From a virus, in IMG/VR virus record IMGVR_UViG_3300037420_001273: DNA of 64,000 bases; one strand, written 5' to 3'. A program made the position numbers and the translations under genes. This document shows, piece after piece, positions 18,024-26,397 of this stretch; the first letter of the stretch is position 1; every line of letters starts with the position of its first letter. Below the pieces are notes generated by a model. The model was not told the origin of the DNA. It made no database searches and saw nothing but the letters and a program-made list of their open reading frames with translations.

Positions 18024-18578
18024 TCAGCTCCTGAAACTGGAGACGTCGATCTCGACGAGCTGCATCGGCTCGTCGACGGCGGGGGCGGGGACGGTAGCCG
18101 GAGGCGCTTTCGGTGCGTCGACGGTCAGGTGCCGAGTGGCGTCGATGAGCCCCATCGGACCGACGACAACCCCCTCGATGCGGACGAAGTACAGGTTGTT
18201 CGTGTAGTCGTAGATATTCGGCGGGTCCTCGTCGTCCTCGGTCTCCGGCTCGTCGGCGTAGTTGTAGGAAAAGCTGTCCGTGTTGCGCAGCACGCCTTCT
18301 TCTTGGTCGAAGTCGATGACCTGGTCGTCCTCGTCCGTCGACAGGATGAGCGGTGCTCCCAGCACGTTCGCGCGCACGAAGTGGATGTCATCGAGGCCGT
18401 GGTCGAGATAGAACTCTTCTCTCCACAGCGGGTTCTCAGGCACGAACACGAGCTCGCCGGCGCGCCAGTTGCTGTAATCGATGTACATCAGGCCCAGCGG
18501 CTCATTGCGCTTCGCACGCCCTTCGATGATCGTAGCGATCTGCCTACGCAGCGCGTCGCACTTGTTGATCAGTAACAT
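18024..18578 (-). CDS. hypothetical acidic protein
   Basis: Track ORF, 184 aa, with an acidic stretch ADEPETEDDEDPP. Confidence 0.55.
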   Translation of the reverse strand: MLLINKCDALRRQIATIIEGRAKRNEPLGLMYIDYSNWRAGELVFVPENPLWREEFYLDHGLDDIHFVRANVLGAPLILSTDEDDQVIDFDQEEGVLRNTDSFSYNYADEPETEDDEDPPNIYDYTNNLYFVRIEGVVVGPMGLIDATRHLTVDAPKAPPATVPAPAVDEPMQLVEIDVSSFRS

Positions 18579-18702
18579 AGCCAGGTTCTCCTTCTCAAGG
18601 TCCCCGTGCTCTCCGGGGTGTCACGCGCTCACGACCCGACCGCGTTCATCGGGAAGGAAGGACTGCCGGGACCGGACTGGCTCCCGCCAGCCCCAGTCGT
18701 CC

Positions 18703-20139
18703 TTACACCTCGAGGCCGGCGTTGCGCAGCTTGGTCAACAGCTGCTCGGTCTCGGCGGAGGCGGTGCGCCGCACCAGCTCTTGCATCGTCGAGTCGACGG
18801 TCGGCTCGATGTCGCTGAGCTCGCTCTGCTCCTTGAGCAGGTTCAGCTGCATGCGCATGGTCTTCGCCGCCTCGACGAGCGCCTGCTCGCTCAGCTGCTT
18901 GACCTTCTCGCCCGGCTGCTGCAGGCGCAGCTGCGCCAGCTTCGCACGTTTGACCACCTCGGCGATGACCGCCGGGATGTGGCCCGCGAGCAGCTCACCG
19001 GCCTTGGTCAGGTCGGTGGCCTGGTCGATCGACTCGGCGCCGTAGTGGCGCAGCAGCTTCTCGACCGCCTTCGCGTCCGGCGGCGTGACGTCGATCACGG
19101 CATCCAGGCGACCCGGGCGCAGCATCGCGGCGTTGATCTTCTTGAGCTCGTTCGTCGTCAAGACGACGATGAGATTCGCGCTCTTCGTGTCGATGCCGTC
19201 GATGATGTTGAGGATGTCGTCCATCGCGACGTCACGCTCGCCGCTGAGCGCGCGGTCGATGTCTTCGCAGAAGATCACGCAGGCCGGGCTCTGGTATTGC
19301 TTGGCGAACTCGATTGCGTCGGGCAGCTCGTCGGCGCGCGGTACATACAGGTACGTGATGCCGTGGTCGACGGCCAGCTTCGAGGCCACGCGGGCGGCCA
19401 GCGTCTTGCCGGTGCCGTAGGTGCCGCCCAGCAGCACGCCGCGCTTGATCGTCAGGCCGTTGTCGATGCAGTCCTGCACGCGCTCGATCGGCGTGAACAG
19501 GCTGGTCTCGACGGCAGCCATGACGTCGTCGCTGTAGATCAGCTGCTCGCGGCGGATGTCGGACGTGTCCATGAACTTCGGCTCGGGCATCTCCAGCGCC
19601 TGGCCGTTGTCGTCCTTGAAGCGCATCTTGATCGCCTGACCACGGTACAGGCTGAACTCGGCGGCTTCGCGACGCAACTCCTCGAAGATCTTCTGGATCG
19701 TCGCCTCGTCCTTGCGCTTGACGTTGGCCGACAGGTGGAACACGAACCGCGCGCCCTTCTTGCCGACGCCGGTTTGCAGCAGGCCGTCGACCTTGGGCAG
19801 GCTGAACGAGCCCCAGGGGACCTGGATCTTGGAGGTCGGGCCGGTGTCGATCGAGATCAGCTGCGGCGGCTGCGGGCCGAAGAAGCCCGGGGTGGCGGTT
19901 GCGGCTGACCAGCCGAACTTGCGCGTCAGCACGCGATCCAGCAGGTACGCACCGTCCCAGGGGAAGACGTCGAACGTCTCCTGGATGCCGACGGCTTCCT
20001 CGAGGAACTGCTGCCGGCGCTTGAGCAGCTCGATCGCGTCGGTGATCGGCATGCCCTCGGGGAGGACCATCTTCTCGCCGTGGTAGACGATGTCGGCCAC
20101 ATGGGCCTGCGGGCCCGCATCTTTCAGGTTCTTGCTCAC
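18703..20139 (-). CDS. classical AAA ATPase (FtsH/Cdc48-clade core) with unique N-terminal domain
   Basis: 478 aa, GTG start. Walker A GGTYGTGKT, Walker B VIFCEDID, second region of homology NAAMLRPGRLD. Confidence 0.85.
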   Translation of the reverse strand: MSKNLKDAGPQAHVADIVYHGEKMVLPEGMPITDAIELLKRRQQFLEEAVGIQETFDVFPWDGAYLLDRVLTRKFGWSAATATPGFFGPQPPQLISIDTGPTSKIQVPWGSFSLPKVDGLLQTGVGKKGARFVFHLSANVKRKDEATIQKIFEELRREAAEFSLYRGQAIKMRFKDDNGQALEMPEPKFMDTSDIRREQLIYSDDVMAAVETSLFTPIERVQDCIDNGLTIKRGVLLGGTYGTGKTLAARVASKLAVDHGITYLYVPRADELPDAIEFAKQYQSPACVIFCEDIDRALSGERDVAMDDILNIIDGIDTKSANLIVVLTTNELKKINAAMLRPGRLDAVIDVTPPDAKAVEKLLRHYGAESIDQATDLTKAGELLAGHIPAVIAEVVKRAKLAQLRLQQPGEKVKQLSEQALVEAAKTMRMQLNLLKEQSELSDIEPTVDSTMQELVRRTASAETEQLLTKLRNAGLEV

Positions 20140-20306
20140 GTAGGTTTCCTTCTTTCGGTCGATTGCAGGAGTGCCTTCTTGACCAGCTCGACCTGGTACC
20201 GTTCAAGAAGTCTTTGCGCGAATGCTTCGCCTTTGGCTGCGCGTTCTTGGGCTATGAAGTCATACGCCTCGCGTGCCTTGAACCAAGCGTCTATGTCGAA
20301 TCTCAC
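20136..20306 (-). CDS. small helical protein (56 aa, below track cut-off)
   Basis: My translation from GTG 20306 (VRFDIDAWFKAREAYDFIAQERAAKGEAFAQRLLERYQVELVKK...). GAAGG SD; GTGA overlap with the AAA gene start. Confidence 0.4.
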   Translation of the reverse strand: MRFDIDAWFKAREAYDFIAQERAAKGEAFAQRLLERYQVELVKKALLQSTERRKPT

Positions 20307-20320
20307 TTAGACCTTCGATT
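20306..20320. promoter_or_regulatory. degenerate element copy
   Basis: CTTAGACCTTCGATT. Confidence 0.3.
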
Positions 20321-21349
20321 TCAGGTCAACACCTCGTGGTTCTTCACAGCCCAGTTCGTGAACGCCTTCGACTTGCTGATGCTCTCGTCGCGACGCACGC
20401 TGTCGCGCACGAACACGACCTGGAACTCCTCGGGCAGGCGCGAGGTGTACTGCATCAGAATGTCGAAGTTGTCCGGGGTGGCGCGGATGGCCAGGCTCGT
20501 GGTCAGCGCGTAGAGCACCGCCGGCTTGTCGCGGCCGGGCACCGGCGCTTCCTTCGGCTTGAGCATGATCACGTCCGGGTGGGGCAGCTCGCGGTACACG
20601 TTCAGGAACGTGAGGAACTCACCCGCAGCGCCTTCGCCGACGGTGCCCTTGAGCACCTCGCGCTCGACCGCCGGCGGCAGGTGGTTCTTGATGATGTCGT
20701 TGACGAACATCCAGCTGCGCGGGCTCGGAAACGCGCGCGGGTTGCTCGCAGCGTCGAATGAGTGCAACAGGTTCGACTTGAAGCGCAAGAACGCGAGTAC
20801 CTCCTCGTGGATGCCGTTCTTGAGCGCCCAGTCGCTGAAGTCGTCCAGGTTCACCTCGAAGTCGAGGTGGATGAACCGGTTCGCCAGCGCGGCGGGCATG
20901 GCGTGTACGACCGAGCGGTCACTGGCACGGTTGCCGGCGGCGATGATCGACCAGCCGTCGGGCAGGACGTACTCGCCGATGCGGCGGTCGAGGATGAGCT
21001 GGTAGCCCGCGGCCTGCACCGACGGCGGAGCGCTGTTCATCTCGTCGAGGAACAGCACGCCTTCGGACTCGTTCGGCACTTCCTTCGATCCCTTCTTGAC
21101 CGTCATCGGGGGCAGGAAGTCCGGCGGCAGCCAGCTCATGACCTTCTTGACGGTGTCGGGCACGGGGAAGCCCTTCAGGTCGACCGGGTCGAGCAGGCTC
21201 ATGCGCACGTCGCGGAACTCCTTGCACTGGCTGTCGGCGACTTGGCGAGCGACAGCGGACTTGCCGACGCCGGGCGGGCCCCAGATGAAGACGGGGCGCT
21301 TCTTCTCGATGGCGACGTTGAGGGCCTTGGCGATGTCAGACGGTTTCAT
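20321..21349 (-). CDS. MoxR-type (AAA_5, CbbQ/NorQ-like) AAA+ ATPase
   Basis: 342 aa. Walker A WGPPGVGKS, Walker B VLFLDEMN. Confidence 0.85.
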   Translation of the reverse strand: MKPSDIAKALNVAIEKKRPVFIWGPPGVGKSAVARQVADSQCKEFRDVRMSLLDPVDLKGFPVPDTVKKVMSWLPPDFLPPMTVKKGSKEVPNESEGVLFLDEMNSAPPSVQAAGYQLILDRRIGEYVLPDGWSIIAAGNRASDRSVVHAMPAALANRFIHLDFEVNLDDFSDWALKNGIHEEVLAFLRFKSNLLHSFDAASNPRAFPSPRSWMFVNDIIKNHLPPAVEREVLKGTVGEGAAGEFLTFLNVYRELPHPDVIMLKPKEAPVPGRDKPAVLYALTTSLAIRATPDNFDILMQYTSRLPEEFQVVFVRDSVRRDESISKSKAFTNWAVKNHEVLT

Positions 21350-21383
21350 TCACGGGTCCTTTCTTCCGTGGGGTTGAGGGATT

Positions 21384-21632
21384 TCAGTCTTTTATGAGCT
21401 GCAGGTATGCGATCGCAGCTTCCTTGGTGTCGAAGCTTGGGTTGCTGATGCGTTCGTTTAGCGCTGGTATGTCCGAAACGATCCACCAGCGGTTGTCGTC
21501 AATGAAGCGCACAACGACAACAACGATTCCCTTGATATTCCACTCTCCTTCGGTGTGGAGAAGCACGTCGTAGTGCCTGCCGAAAGGGCCGTAACTCAAC
21601 GGCGGATTGCGTATCTGCTGTTCGATCTTCAT
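21384..21632 (-). CDS. small paralogue family member P1 (WWI box + C-terminal FDT-EAA box)
   Basis: ...DNRWWIVSD...NPSFDTKEAAIAYLQLIKD. Confidence 0.6.
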   Translation of the reverse strand: MKIEQQIRNPPLSYGPFGRHYDVLLHTEGEWNIKGIVVVVVRFIDDNRWWIVSDIPALNERISNPSFDTKEAAIAYLQLIKD

Positions 21633-21865
21633 GCCAGCAACCTCAGTGCGGCGTAGGCTGCTTCAGCGGTATCGAACGGGTCGATGTCTTCGAAGCGCTT
21701 CTCGTCGTGGGAATCGTCGGGAACAATCCACCATTTATTGTCGGTTGCGAGTTGAGTAACGACGCAGTCGATGCCTTTGATCTGCGTGTTGAAGCTGTTG
21801 TCGTAGAACAGGTATACAACCGTGGTGCCGCGATGCGGTTCGCAGGCCGGTTTGAGCTTGAGCAC
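21629..21865 (-). CDS. small paralogue family member P2
   Basis: ...DNKWWIVPDD...IDPFDTAEAAYAALRLLA. ATGA overlap with P1. Confidence 0.6.
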   Translation of the reverse strand: MLKLKPACEPHRGTTVVYLFYDNSFNTQIKGIDCVVTQLATDNKWWIVPDDSHDEKRFEDIDPFDTAEAAYAALRLLA

Positions 21866-21866
21866 C

Positions 21867-22022
21867 TTAGACCCCGAGACGAGTCTTCAGCGAGGCCAGC
21901 TCGATGGCCTTACGCTCGGCGTACTTCGGGTCTTTGGCCGCCTTGGCCTCGTCGATCGTGAAACGCTCGAGGGCGTGGCGGCGGCGTGCTTGGTGTGCTT
22001 GGGAGAGGGGTGCCTTCTTCAT
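21867..22022 (-). CDS. small basic protein (51 aa)
   Basis: ATG 22022 with a GGAG SD (MKKAPLSQAHQARRRHALERFTIDEAKAAKDPKYAERK...). The track ORF 21867..22100 extends into the motif-bearing gap. Confidence 0.45.
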   Translation of the reverse strand: MKKAPLSQAHQARRRHALERFTIDEAKAAKDPKYAERKAIELASLKTRLGV

Positions 22023-22041
22023 GGCCTTGTAGGCTCCAAAG

Positions 22042-22067
22042 GTTAGATCGAACGAAGAGATTAGATC
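22042..22067. promoter_or_regulatory. TTAGATCGAACGAAGA / TTAGATC element (18-bp phase)
   Basis: GTTAGATCGAACGAAGAGATTAGATC lies upstream of ATG 22022. Confidence 0.6.
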
Positions 22068-22100
22068 ATGCGACGAAGCGCGTGGTCTACTGGTTTTCAC

Positions 22101-22340
22101 TCACTGGCGTAGCGTGCGTGCAACTTCTTGCGCAAGGTGATCTCGCGCTGCAGCGATGTAGAGGCGCATGGCAGTGATCGTGTAGTACTGCAGATACGGA
22201 AACTCGCTGCGATAGAAATGTTGAGGGCAGAGGCTCCGCATACGCCGGCGTGTGCGTCGGTTGAGCAGCAACGTGATCGTCGGCGGCTTAGCTCGGTCGC
22301 ACCTGGCTTCGAGCGTGTCGAGGAACTCGTGGTCAGTCAT
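22101..22340 (-). CDS. hypothetical protein
   Basis: 79 aa from ATG 22340 (MTDHEFLDTLEARCDRAK...). ATGA overlap with P3. Confidence 0.5.
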   Translation of the reverse strand: MTDHEFLDTLEARCDRAKPPTITLLLNRRTRRRMRSLCPQHFYRSEFPYLQYYTITAMRLYIAAARDHLAQEVARTLRQ

Positions 22341-22564
22341 TTGCGCAGACGTCCCCACGCGAGAGCTTCAGCAGCACTGTCGAACGTCTTCACGACGTCG
22401 TTGCTCAGGAGGTAGCGTCCGATCCACTCGGCAGCTTCTTCCTGCGTGTCGAATCCAGGTGATGGATCGTTCCAGAAAGGCATCCACCAGCGACGGTAAT
22501 GCGGGTCGAACCTGCCTGATGGCAGTTGAACGATGCGCACACGCGTACGGAAGGGGTTTTTCAT
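22337..22564 (-). CDS. small paralogue family member P3 (two FDT/FDS-EA boxes)
   Basis: 75 aa from ATG 22564: ...RRWWMPFWNDPSPGFDTQEEAAEWIGRYL...KTFDSAAEALAWGRLRK. Confidence 0.55.
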   Translation of the reverse strand: MKNPFRTRVRIVQLPSGRFDPHYRRWWMPFWNDPSPGFDTQEEAAEWIGRYLLSNDVVKTFDSAAEALAWGRLRK

Positions 22565-22749
22565 TTCTTCACCGGCGCTTGATGCTTCGCCCATTCTTCG
22601 AGCTGCTCTGCCGTCATCTCCTTGGGGCAGTACTCGAGCATGAGCGCATCGATCCTGGCTTGAAGAGCTTGCGCGTCTTCGTAGCGCACGTAACGGCCGT
22701 CTTCACGAACGACCATCGCGACATTGGGCTCGGGGTTGAATCGAATCAT
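22561..22749 (-). CDS. hypothetical protein
   Basis: 62 aa from ATG 22749 (MIRFNPEPNVAMVVREDGRYVRYEDAQALQ...). ATGA overlaps at both ends. Confidence 0.5.
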   Translation of the reverse strand: MIRFNPEPNVAMVVREDGRYVRYEDAQALQARIDALMLEYCPKEMTAEQLEEWAKHQAPVKK

Positions 22750-22961
22750 TGCGTCAAGACCTTGTAGGCGTATGCAGCTTCGGCGGTGTCGAAGGGGCCG
22801 TAGTAACTGGCGGGTGGTGGGGCGGCGTTGTAGACCCAATACTTGCTGGTGCGGTATTCACGAACGACGCCCCAACTGTTTTCAGCATCTGCGACCCATA
22901 ATTGGTCGTACCACATGCCCCACCACGAAAGATTCGTGGATTTGAGTGTCTCGGGCTTCAT
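22746..22961 (-). CDS. small paralogue family member P4
   Basis: 71 aa from ATG 22961: ...SKYWVYNAAPPPASYYGPFDTAEAAYAYKVLTQ. Confidence 0.6.
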   Translation of the reverse strand: MKPETLKSTNLSWWGMWYDQLWVADAENSWGVVREYRTSKYWVYNAAPPPASYYGPFDTAEAAYAYKVLTQ

Positions 22962-23230
22962 TCCTTGAGCAACAGCAGCGCTGTTTCCGCGGCTTCGAGT
23001 GTGTCGTACGGGCCGACGTTGTCGAACTCCGCGTCTTCGTCGTGTGGTGTGATCCACCACTTGTCGTCGTCGAGGAACTGGCCGATGCCTACGCTGACGC
23101 CTTTGACAACTGGTGCGGAAGGTTTAGAGCCGCTACCGTACCAGTGGATGTATTTGCGTCGTGTAGGTATATGCACGAACGACACGTCGTACATGGGCTT
23201 CTCGACGTGGTGAGGCAGGAAATTGCTCAT
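22958..23230 (-). CDS. small paralogue family member P5
   Basis: 90 aa from ATG 23230: ...DDDKWWITPHDEDAEFDNVGPYDTLEAAETALLLLKE. Confidence 0.6.
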   Translation of the reverse strand: MSNFLPHHVEKPMYDVSFVHIPTRRKYIHWYGSGSKPSAPVVKGVSVGIGQFLDDDKWWITPHDEDAEFDNVGPYDTLEAAETALLLLKE

Positions 23231-23451
23231 GACGTTAGCACCAGTACAACGTACGCAGCTTCGAACGTGTCGAAGGGACCGTTGACTACACCAACTTTGC
23301 GGAGTGTGTTGCGCACCCAAAACTTGTGGTTCGTGTCTTCCCAGATACGCCAGTGGTTAGACGGTTCTTTTATCCACCAATGCAGTATTTGGAAGCCGTA
23401 GCACGCGTTTATATCACCTTGTGTTGGTTGAAATGGACCTTTGAGCTTCAT
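23227..23451 (-). CDS. small paralogue family member P6
   Basis: 74 aa: ...NHKFWVRNTLRKVGVVNGPFDTFEAAYVVLVLTS. Confidence 0.6.
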   Translation of the reverse strand: MKLKGPFQPTQGDINACYGFQILHWWIKEPSNHWRIWEDTNHKFWVRNTLRKVGVVNGPFDTFEAAYVVLVLTS

Positions 23452-23456
23452 GCCTT

Positions 23457-23702
23457 TCAGTCTTTCATGAGCACGACGGCGGTGTGCGCGGCTTCGATGC
23501 TCGTGTACGGACCATAGCGCGACGGATTCTCGAACTCACACGCTTCGATCCAGAACTCACCGTTCTTGTACTCGGCGATAAGTACCTCAACGCCCTTTAT
23601 GGACCATTCGCTGTCGTTGCCGAACGGAGTAGCTGACCAATATCGCCTGATGCTTTGTTCTCGGCCGTTGTAGTTCACCGGCGGAAACGTGTGGAGCTTC
23701 AC
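23457..23702 (-). CDS. small paralogue family member P7
   Basis: 81 aa: ...KNGEFWIEACEFENPSRYGPYTSIEAAHTAVVLMKD. Confidence 0.6.
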   Translation of the reverse strand: MKLHTFPPVNYNGREQSIRRYWSATPFGNDSEWSIKGVEVLIAEYKNGEFWIEACEFENPSRYGPYTSIEAAHTAVVLMKD

Positions 23703-23708
23703 GGGATG

Positions 23709-23935
23709 TCAGTCCTTGAGCAGCTGGACGACAACATGAGCCTCTTTGAGCGTGTCGTAGGGACCGTACTCGAATGAGTTGGACATGTCTTGGTATGGGA
23801 CGATGAAGAACTTGCCCCTGTGCTCGAGGCCATGTCTCCTTTTATGAACCAGCTACCTATGTCAGGTATCCAAATGTCTTTGTACTCTCTGTTGCGTGCG
23901 GTTTTGGCGATCCAATGAACTCGGCAGAGCTTCAT
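23709..23935 (-). pseudogene. small paralogue family member P8, split by a -1 frame change at an A4 run
   Basis: Frame A from ATG 23935 gives MKLCRVHWIAKTARNREYKDIWIPDIGSWFIK. The -1 frame continues RRHGLEHRGKFFIVPYQDMSNSFEYGPYDTLKEAHVVVQLLKD* (stop 23711..23709). The junction is at TTTT 23840..23843. Confidence 0.5.
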
Positions 23936-26310
23936 CCCTTCGCTCCTACAGCTTTGAGCTCAGGCTTGCCGGTCGGTGCGAACAAGCGCTTGAAGCGGGG
24001 CCACTGCGTGAGGTCGCGCCACTGCACCTTCAAGCCGTAGACGGGCTCGCCGTCGACGCGTACGCGCTCGGTGGTGATGCGATGATGCTTGACGAAGCTG
24101 GTGAATTTGTTCGGGCTGTCGGGGATCTTGCCGACGGTGTACTCGAAGATGGCACGCAGCTCGTCGCGAGCGATATTGCAGCGGCCGTCGTTCATGTCCG
24201 TGCGCTCGAGCAGGCTCTTGATCACGTTCTTGTAGTCCTCGACCTTCGCGATCGAGCTGGCGCTGCCGAGGTAGCGGCTGTCCGTCGGCAGCTGGTCGAT
24301 GAAGAACTCCATGTCGCCCTTGAGCAGCGCGTTCGCGACGCTGTCGGCTGAGGACTCGGTCAGGTCCATCAATGTGTCACGGTCGGCGTTTTGCAGAACG
24401 TTGAAGACCTTCGCGCGGTCGACCTTGAGTGCGAGCAGGAAGTCGTGGAACGGCTGCAGCTCGCGCTCGATCGTGGCCAGGTCTTTCTCGGTCAGCACGA
24501 TCTTGTTCGGCTGGTACTTCGCGACGTTGAAGCGTCGATCATCCTTGGTCACGCGCACGGGTGCTGAGGCGTTCGAGCAAAAGATCCACGCGGTGTAGTT
24601 GCGCACCAGGCGAGCAGTGGCATGCATGCGGCGCACCGGGATGAACTCATCGGTGATGTACATGCGCAGGTCCGCCATGGCTCCGCGCTCGTTCGACAGT
24701 GCGTTGGTCTCGACCTCATCGACGGTGATCAGCAGGTTGTTCTCGATGAAGTCGTTGAACTTCTCGTCGAGCTGCTTCATGCGGATGACGGTGGAGTGCT
24801 GCAGGCCGAAGAGCGGGCGCAGGATCTTCGCGACCAGCGTGCCCTTACCTGTGCCGGGGATGCCGTGAAAGACCCAGGCGGTGAGCGGACGATCGCGTTC
24901 CTGCAGCACGTAGGCCAGCCAGTTGACGAAATGGTTGTACGAGTCCGTGTCGTTGCCGCACACGTGCTCGATGACCTTGCGGATCGTCTTCGGCATATGA
25001 GCGATAGGCTTGGCCTGCGCTTTCATGAAGGAGCTCAGCTGGAACGTGTTGATGACGCGGTTGTCGATGTCCACGCGTACGCTGTCGTGCGGGTCGAACA
25101 CAAGGCGCCATTCGGGGATCACGCCGTCGGGCAGCTGTATGCCGTTGGCTTTGGCGAAGTCCATCAGGACCTTGGAGCTCTTGGTTGGTTCGAGCTCGAG
25201 CTCGTCGTTGACCGAATCGTAAGTGCCGCGCCAGTAACGGTCGGTAGCTGGATCGATGAACGCGAGCTTGAGTACGCCCTGGGAGTCCGCCTTCACCGGC
25301 TGGTGGTGGAGCTGCTCCCAGTACTCAGGTAGCAGCTCCTTGGTCAGATAGATCGGCTCGCCCTTGAAGTTGAAGATGAACTCGGGGTTGTTCTCGGGGT
25401 GGTAGTACGCCCAGGAGTCACCGCCATTGAGATTGAAGTAGACGAAGCCGCGTTCTTGCTTGATCTCGGTGACGGAGCAGACGTCGGGCTTGACCAACAC
25501 CTCCATGCCGCTGTGCATCTTGTACTGCGTCTTGCGCTTGGGCAGTCCGTCGGTGGCGCGCAGCTCGTCGATGCGCTTGTTGATGGACTCGCGGTTCTTG
25601 GCGACAGTCGGGACAGCGGTGATGGACAAGCGTTCCTTGTCCTTGCGCACGAGCGTGATGCGCGGCTGGTTCTTTAGCGGGTCTTTCACGCCCTTGAGCA
25701 CCGGCGAGGCGATGTAGATCAGCTTGTCGTTCTGGCTTGCGCTGGTGTCCAGCGGCCAGTGGATCGAGTTGCCGGTCTTGGTCAGCGTCATCGACTCACG
25801 CAGCAGCGGCGTGGAGAAGTTCAGGCCGATGAGCCACTGCTTGAGCTGCGGCGCAGGCATTGGCTTGTCGAGCAGCATGAATACGTGCGCGCGCAGCTGC
25901 TTGTTCTCGAGTCCGTAGCTGGCGGACCATTGGACGATGTAGGAGACGTCGTTCAGGCCGAGCACGAACAGAACGTCGTCGACGGTGACGGTCGCTGTCT
26001 TGCCGTCCACGGTGGTGGTGTCGGGCAGTCCGTCGATGTCCAGGCAGATCCACTCGGTGGGCTCGTTGCTGTCCGTGGTGCCGGCACGCGACTCGTTGAC
26101 GAGGGTGCGAGCCAGGTGGCCTTTGAGCAGGCAGTGGTTGAGCTTGGCGTGGTGCTTGAGCACAGCTTCGAAGTCGCGCAGGTCGCGCACGTTCGCTTCG
26201 TGGCTGGTGACTTCGTAGACGTGTGGGTAGGGGGTCTTCTTGAGCGTTCCCTGCGCAAGCTCGTAGGTCTTGGTCAGGGGCACTGTGGCTTCGAGGAAGT
26301 GCAGCTTCAT
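23932..26310 (-). CDS. primase-helicase (SF3, D5/P4-type NTPase with large N-terminal presumed primase domain)
   Basis: 792 aa. Walker A VFHGIPGTGKGT, Walker B LLITVDEVE. N-terminal primase motifs not verified by eye. No SD upstream of the ATG. Confidence 0.8.
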   Translation of the reverse strand: MKLHFLEATVPLTKTYELAQGTLKKTPYPHVYEVTSHEANVRDLRDFEAVLKHHAKLNHCLLKGHLARTLVNESRAGTTDSNEPTEWICLDIDGLPDTTTVDGKTATVTVDDVLFVLGLNDVSYIVQWSASYGLENKQLRAHVFMLLDKPMPAPQLKQWLIGLNFSTPLLRESMTLTKTGNSIHWPLDTSASQNDKLIYIASPVLKGVKDPLKNQPRITLVRKDKERLSITAVPTVAKNRESINKRIDELRATDGLPKRKTQYKMHSGMEVLVKPDVCSVTEIKQERGFVYFNLNGGDSWAYYHPENNPEFIFNFKGEPIYLTKELLPEYWEQLHHQPVKADSQGVLKLAFIDPATDRYWRGTYDSVNDELELEPTKSSKVLMDFAKANGIQLPDGVIPEWRLVFDPHDSVRVDIDNRVINTFQLSSFMKAQAKPIAHMPKTIRKVIEHVCGNDTDSYNHFVNWLAYVLQERDRPLTAWVFHGIPGTGKGTLVAKILRPLFGLQHSTVIRMKQLDEKFNDFIENNLLITVDEVETNALSNERGAMADLRMYITDEFIPVRRMHATARLVRNYTAWIFCSNASAPVRVTKDDRRFNVAKYQPNKIVLTEKDLATIERELQPFHDFLLALKVDRAKVFNVLQNADRDTLMDLTESSADSVANALLKGDMEFFIDQLPTDSRYLGSASSIAKVEDYKNVIKSLLERTDMNDGRCNIARDELRAIFEYTVGKIPDSPNKFTSFVKHHRITTERVRVDGEPVYGLKVQWRDLTQWPRFKRLFAPTGKPELKAVGAKG

Positions 26311-26323
26311 GGGGCGCTCAGTG

Positions 26324-26347
26324 TAGATCGAACGAAGACGTTAGAAC
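26324..26347. promoter_or_regulatory. TAGATCGAACGAAGA / TTAGAAC element (18-bp phase)
   Basis: TAGATCGAACGAAGACGTTAGAAC lies 13 nt from the primase-helicase ATG. Confidence 0.6.
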
Positions 26348-26397
26348 AGAGCTCAAGTTCCGGTCTGGATCGGGACAACGGAACGCCAAAAACGCGC

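Noticed and set aside
18579-18702. GC-rich, hairpin-prone 124-nt gap after the AAA ATPase gene, considered as a structured ncRNA.
   Set aside because: It has only imperfect stems (for example CCCCG-GAGAGCA-CGGGG) and no conserved motif or repeat partner in the window. The evidence is insufficient without covariation data.
23699-23935. Track ORF 23699..23935 as an intact 78-aa gene.
   Set aside because: Its C-terminal half (…SSTGASSSSSHTKTCPTHSSTVPTTRSKRLMLSSSCSRTDIP) is compositionally odd, while the -1 frame carries the family's conserved C-terminal box. It is better treated as a frameshifted paralogue.
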